From: an uncultured Thermoplasmata archaeon
Lineage (GTDB): Archaea > Thermoplasmatota > Thermoplasmata > RBG-16-68-12
NCBI GenBank assembly: GCA_963768855.1
Contig: CAVYJM010000003.1
Span: 1-26,786 of the forward strand
Length of the DNA stretch: 26,786 nt
Direction of reading: 5' to 3'
The position numbers were made by a program, and so were the translations under genes. This document shows, piece after piece, positions 22,736-26,786 of the stretch. A model generated the notes under the pieces. The model saw only the letters and a list, made by a program, of their open reading frames with translations, searched no databases and was not told the origin of the DNA. Numbering within the stretch: position 1 is the stretch's first letter; the number at the start of each line of letters is the position of its first letter.

Positions 22736-24366
22736 AGGGGCACCTCGCCCTGGTCGGGTCGCTCTACTGCCTCGCCCTGGCCTTGCGTCTCGTGCCCCTG
22801 ACGTTCTCGCCGCTACCGTACAACATCGACGGGTTCCCGCTCGCGCACATCGCGGCCCAGATCACGTCGACGGGTTCGTGGCAGATCCACCCGCAGGACC
22901 CGAACGCGTACAACGAGATGATGCCCGTCTACTCCCTCGTCTGGTCGTCCGCCTCCCAGCTGGCCGGCCTCGACCCGCTCGCGTACCTCCAGACGGTCCT
23001 CCCGCTCGTCCTCGCGACGGTGGTCCTCCCCGCGTACCTCCTCGGCGTGAAGGCGACCGGCCATCCGGCGGCCGGCTTCGCGGCGGGCCTGTTCATCGCG
23101 TCGTTCGGGAGCTTCCTCTCCGTCACGACCATGGGGATGAAGGAGTCCGTGGCCCTCGTCCTCCTGCCCACCGTGGTCCTCCTCTTCTCGGAGCGGCGCG
23201 ACCCGCGCAAACGCGGGCTGGCCTTCCTCCTCCTGCTCCTCCTGCCGTTCCTCCACCAGCTCTCCGACTTCCTGATCCTCGGGATGGTCGCCGCGCTCGT
23301 CGTGCTCACGCACGCGCGCGCGGTCCAGCGGGGCCGGTTCTCCGTGCGGTCCCTCCTCCTGGACATCGCGACGGGTCCAGGTCCCGCGGTCGTCGCCTAC
23401 GTCTACTATGTGACCGTGGACATGCCCGACCTGAGCGCGGTCACCTCGCCGGACGCGCTCGCCCTGTTCCTCGGCGTGACCCTCCTGCTGTCCGCCCTCC
23501 TGGTCCACATGACCCGCCCGGCGTCCGTGCGGACCGGCGCGCGGCTCGTGCGCCCGGCCGGCCCGATCCTGTTCGTGCCCGTCGTCGCGTTCGCGGCGCT
23601 CTTGGTCAACGCCCGCATGGACCTCTTCGCGGGCGTGCTCGAGACGCAACCCGCCCTCGAGCCGATCATGGTCGCCGTCGTCGCGCTCGTCGCGTTCGCG
23701 TTCCTCGGATACCAGCTCCTCCGGCGGACGGCCAACCGCTTCTCCGACCTCGTGATCGCGATGGGCATCGCTCCCGTCGCGCTGGTCCTCTTCGCCTTCC
23801 TCCGCGGACTCGACGGCCTGAGCCAGGTCCTCGTGTATCGGAGCTTCGACTTCCTGGACTACGGGCTCGCGGTGGCCGTCGGCGCGGGGTTCGCGCTCGT
23901 ATGGCGGCGCCTGCGGCGGCGGGACGCGGCGCGGCTCCTCCTGGCCGCGGGCTTCCTCGGCATCCTGCTCGCCACGACGCCCATCGCCTGGAACACCCAG
24001 GCCGTGTTCGGCGTGGACAACGTCACGACACCCTCCGAGTACCAGGCCCTCGCCGTCCTCGCCTCCCTGCATGCGGGGAACGTCACGACGGACCAGCGGC
24101 TCGCAGACGTCGGGCGAATGTGGTTCGGGCTCTCCACGGATCCGAACCTGCCCTTCGTCCTTCAGGGAAACCGGACCGTCTCGGGCCCTGCCTTCGCCCT
24201 CGTCATGGACCGGTGGACGACGGTCGGCGCGCAGATCCATCCGCAACCGAACGTCGTGCTGTCCGTCCCCGCGTTGGTGGCGTTCCTGAGTGCGAACCGG
24301 ATCGTCTACGTCGCGGGATCCGTCGGGGATCGGATCTACGTCGTCCAGCTCGCGGGATTGGGATAG
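22732..24366 (+). CDS. Polytopic membrane protein, probable GT-C fold glycosyltransferase-like (544 aa)
   Basis: ATGA coupling and GGAGGTG. TM1 (ALRL), then a loop with an acidic residue (PLPYNIDG...H...G...Y...P), about 12-13 TMs, PFLHQL, and a C-terminal soluble domain (TPSEYQAL...VTTD). The layout resembles PMT/STT3-like proteins. The CDS is secure; the function is inferred. Confidence 0.7.
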   Translation: MKGHLALVGSLYCLALALRLVPLTFSPLPYNIDGFPLAHIAAQITSTGSWQIHPQDPNAYNEMMPVYSLVWSSASQLAGLDPLAYLQTVLPLVLATVVLPAYLLGVKATGHPAAGFAAGLFIASFGSFLSVTTMGMKESVALVLLPTVVLLFSERRDPRKRGLAFLLLLLLPFLHQLSDFLILGMVAALVVLTHARAVQRGRFSVRSLLLDIATGPGPAVVAYVYYVTVDMPDLSAVTSPDALALFLGVTLLLSALLVHMTRPASVRTGARLVRPAGPILFVPVVAFAALLVNARMDLFAGVLETQPALEPIMVAVVALVAFAFLGYQLLRRTANRFSDLVIAMGIAPVALVLFAFLRGLDGLSQVLVYRSFDFLDYGLAVAVGAGFALVWRRLRRRDAARLLLAAGFLGILLATTPIAWNTQAVFGVDNVTTPSEYQALAVLASLHAGNVTTDQRLADVGRMWFGLSTDPNLPFVLQGNRTVSGPAFALVMDRWTTVGAQIHPQPNVVLSVPALVAFLSANRIVYVAGSVGDRIYVVQLAGLG

Positions 24367-24428
24367 ACCGACTCTCTGGGCAAGGGCTAATATGGACGCT
24401 TTCCCTACATCGAGACCGGTCTCGGAGG

Positions 24429-26585
24429 TTGAGGCTCGCGCGGGTTGTTCTGGTCGCGATGACGATCGTGATCGCCTCGCTGGCCCTCCCGTTGACTCCT
24501 GCCCGCGCATCCCCCGCCGCGACGACCGTCCGCTCCCTGCAGCCTCACCTGCCCATCGACATCGAGGGCGATGCCGGCTTCACCTCGTCCAACGGGGTCG
24601 TGGGAGGCCAGGGGACCCTCGCAGACCCGTATCTCATTGCGGACTGGGCAATCACGTCGCCTCCTGCGCTCGGCGTGCAGGTCCGGAACACCCGCCTCCA
24701 TGCGGTGTTCCAGAACGTGTCCGTCTCGAATGCGCCCATCGACGCGTTCTACTTCTTCAACGCGACCAATGTCACCCTGTCGAACGTGACGGCCTATGTG
24801 AACGAGGGGGAGGGCATCCGGTTCGAGGAATCCCATGCGTTCTCGATCGTCGAGAGCAACCTCACGGCGAACCTGGCCGGCCTCGTCCTGATCAACTCCG
24901 CGGATGGGATCGTCCGCGGCACGAGCTTCACCGCGAACTCGGGGGACGGCGTCGCGATCACCGGATCCCCGAACGTCACGCTGGAGGACAACGACTTCCT
25001 CTACAACGGCTTCAGCGGGGCGGGCCACGGGATCGACTTGACCTTCACCACGGGTGACGTGGTCCGCGCGAACCGCTTCATCGCGAACGGGGTCGTTCTC
25101 GCCGGCGACAGTTTGCCGTTCTTCGACTCCCACACGATCACGCCGGACAACCTCGTCGCGGGGCTCCCCATCCTGTACGAGAAGGACTGCAGCGGGCTCA
25201 CCCTGGCCGAGATGACCCTTGGGCAGCTCCTCCTGGCGGGCTGCCGCCACGTCCGCATCTCGAACCTCACCGTGACCGGAGGGGACGTCGGCGTCGAGAT
25301 CGCATTCGGTACCGATGCCGTCCTGGGCCCGGGCGTTCTCGTTTCCGGCGCAGCCATCGGAGTCGAGCTCCTGCAAACCTCCGCGGTCCAAGTCATGGGC
25401 GTGCAGATCCTCAACACCGGGGTCGGCATCGAAATCGACGCCTCGACCGACGTGCGGGTCTCCGCCTCGAAGATCTCGGCCCCGTTCGCCAACGCGGATC
25501 CGAACGACGGCGTGATCATCCGGGACTCCGACCGAGTGAACGTCACGGGCAACGTGATCCGTCGTCACCGCAACGCCATCTTCGTCAGCGGCTCGGGGAA
25601 CCTGAGCCTCGTCGACAACCTTGCGGGCCGGAGCGTCCTCGGCCTCAACGCGTCCGGATCTCGCGATTTCCAGGTGTCGGGGAACCTCATTGTCCAGGAC
25701 TCCGCGGGACTGCGTCTTGAAAACGTGACGAACGCGACGTTCGCGCAAAACGCACTCCTGGGCATCGCGACGACGGGCGCGAACCTCTCGGCCTCATCCG
25801 GGGTCGAGTTCGTCCACAACCTCTTCGGCGGATCGGTCGACAACGCCTACGACGCACAGGGGAGCCGTGACGCCTGGGATGGAGGCTATCCGGCCGGGGG
25901 GAACTCGTGGGGGAATTACGGGGGCGTCGACGTGTTCCAGGGCGTCGGGCAGAATCTCTCCGGCGCTGACGGGATCGGGGACACGCCGTACATGTTCGAC
26001 GTGAACGCGGTCGACCACTACCCGCTCATGTCCCCGCCGGTGACCGCGGATGTCCCCCCGGAGGCCCTGTTCCTTGTCGGGTTCCCGGAGGGGTATCCCA
26101 TCACCCCCTTCCACGTGACCGCGAACCTCTCGTCGGATCTGGAGGATCCACTGGGAGTCCTCCAGGTGCGGTGGTTCTGGGACGACGACGCGGGAACCCC
26201 GTGGACGGCCACGAAGGACGCGACCCACGTGTTCGGAACGACCGGGGTCCACTCGATCCGCCTCGAGGTGAAGGATTCGGCGGGCCTCACCGACAACTGG
26301 ACGACCCCGATCCTCGTTCTCCCGAAGCCCGACGCCCTCCCGCCCGTCATCCGTTCCGCGCCCCCCGCGAGTGCGGAGGTGGGCCAGCCCATCCCGATCA
26401 CCGCGAACGTCACGGACGCGAGCGCGATCGCGAACGTGACCCTCCTGTACCAAGGCGTTGACGGTGGACCGTTCCGCTCCATCCCGATGCAAATCGAGGA
26501 CAACGGGGCGAACTTCACGGCGACGATTCCCGCGCAGCCGCGCACGGGGACGGTCGTGTACGTGGTCGTCGCGAACGACTCCTGA
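24429..26585 (+). CDS. Secreted surface glycoprotein: parallel beta-helix (NosD/CASH-type) repeats, PKD domain, Ig-like domain; interrupted by TGA (718 aa to the TGA)
   Basis: TTG start gives the signal peptide MRLARVVLVAM...ARA; TATA-like GGGCTAATAT at ~24384-24393. HLPIDIEG...NGV..GQGT..DPY, PbH1-like repeats, GNSW...DGIGDTPY...D.YPL, PKD-like WFWDD...HVF...LEVKD. About 20 N-x-S/T sequons. Confidence 0.85.
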   Translation: MRLARVVLVAMTIVIASLALPLTPARASPAATTVRSLQPHLPIDIEGDAGFTSSNGVVGGQGTLADPYLIADWAITSPPALGVQVRNTRLHAVFQNVSVSNAPIDAFYFFNATNVTLSNVTAYVNEGEGIRFEESHAFSIVESNLTANLAGLVLINSADGIVRGTSFTANSGDGVAITGSPNVTLEDNDFLYNGFSGAGHGIDLTFTTGDVVRANRFIANGVVLAGDSLPFFDSHTITPDNLVAGLPILYEKDCSGLTLAEMTLGQLLLAGCRHVRISNLTVTGGDVGVEIAFGTDAVLGPGVLVSGAAIGVELLQTSAVQVMGVQILNTGVGIEIDASTDVRVSASKISAPFANADPNDGVIIRDSDRVNVTGNVIRRHRNAIFVSGSGNLSLVDNLAGRSVLGLNASGSRDFQVSGNLIVQDSAGLRLENVTNATFAQNALLGIATTGANLSASSGVEFVHNLFGGSVDNAYDAQGSRDAWDGGYPAGGNSWGNYGGVDVFQGVGQNLSGADGIGDTPYMFDVNAVDHYPLMSPPVTADVPPEALFLVGFPEGYPITPFHVTANLSSDLEDPLGVLQVRWFWDDDAGTPWTATKDATHVFGTTGVHSIRLEVKDSAGLTDNWTTPILVLPKPDALPPVIRSAPPASAEVGQPIPITANVTDASAIANVTLLYQGVDGGPFRSIPMQIEDNGANFTATIPAQPRTGTVVYVVVANDS

Positions 26586-26786
26586 GGGAACTCCGCGAGG
26601 GCCCCGGTCGCGGGGTCCTCGCCCGTGCGGATCGTGGACACGTTCACGCCGCTCGTGATCGCTTCGGTGCTCGTCGCGGTTTTCGTCTCCGCCGTCGCGG
26701 TCGCGTTCCTCCTCCTGCGGCGAAGGCGAACACGAGCTCAAGGAGAGCCGCCGCCGACGCGTCCCGCGAGCCCACCGGGCAAGCCT
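26586..26786 (+). other. In-frame continuation after the TGA encoding the end of the Ig-like domain, a TM anchor and RRRR (open to the window end)
   Basis: 67 sense codons: GNSARAPVAGSSPVRIVDTFTPLVIASVLVAVFVSAVAVAFLLLRRRRTRAQGEPPPTRPASPPGKP. Confidence 0.85.
26595..26622 (+). other. 12-bp RNA stem-loop 9 nt downstream of the in-frame TGA
   Basis: GCGAGGGCCCCG-gtcg-CGGGGTCCTCGC: 11 Watson-Crick pairs and one G.U pair. Confidence 0.7.

Noticed and set aside
2503-24366. Long alternative-frame ORFs (e.g. 2544-4286, 2503-3954, 18187-19716) and long N-terminal extensions (10303-12549, 21568-, 22347-)
   Set aside because: Arg/Pro/Gly-rich translations overlapping better-supported genes; expected shadow ORFs in high-GC DNA.
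43-26585. nosF/nosY/nosD-like trio (ABC-2 ATPase, permease, beta-helix protein) as a nitrous-oxide reductase maturation system
   Set aside because: The beta-helix gene is 22 kb from the ABC pair and has PKD/Ig/anchor domains; no nosZ or nosL is present. Such repeats are common in archaeal surface proteins.
26583-26585. Genome-wide reassignment of TGA to Trp or Gly
   Set aside because: Conserved genes in the window end at TGA at their expected C-termini (e.g. 981, 7780, 8396, 12652, 22735), some overlapping the next start codon.
1-26786. CRISPR array, tRNA/rRNA, IS element, prophage
   Set aside because: No regularly spaced repeats, cloverleaf, transposase, integrase or virion motifs seen by eye; spacers are short. 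tRNAscan-SE/Infernal were not run.

Overview
A gene-dense, GC-rich window with about 25 CDSs and no recognisable rRNA, tRNA, CRISPR array or mobile element. It is most likely archaeal. The evidence is BRE/TATA-like boxes upstream of most genes, a class III (type IV pilin-type) signal peptide, a DUF835 domain and many N-x-S/T sequons in secreted proteins. A high-GC Thermoplasmatota lineage is my inference. Most genes concern cell-surface and glycan biogenesis: an ABC-2 exporter, a processive GT2 glycan synthase, a vWA-containing pilin-like protein, a Wzx-type flippase, a CPBP intramembrane protease, an NDP-sugar epimerase, a LolD-like ATPase, two FtsX-type permeases, a GT-C-like membrane protein and two large anchored surface proteins. 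Two things stand out. (1) Parts of a possible eukaryote-like small-GTPase switch: a roadblock/LC7 gene next to a Rab/Ras-like GTPase, and 10 kb away a 7TM-DUF835-longin-like fusion. (2) An in-frame TGA at 26583-26585 in a beta-helix/PKD surface protein, just upstream of its membrane anchor and followed after 9 nt by a 12-bp stem-loop. That is the layout of a stop-codon recoding signal, but a nonsense mutation or assembly error cannot be excluded. All domain calls come from motifs read by eye; no searches were run.
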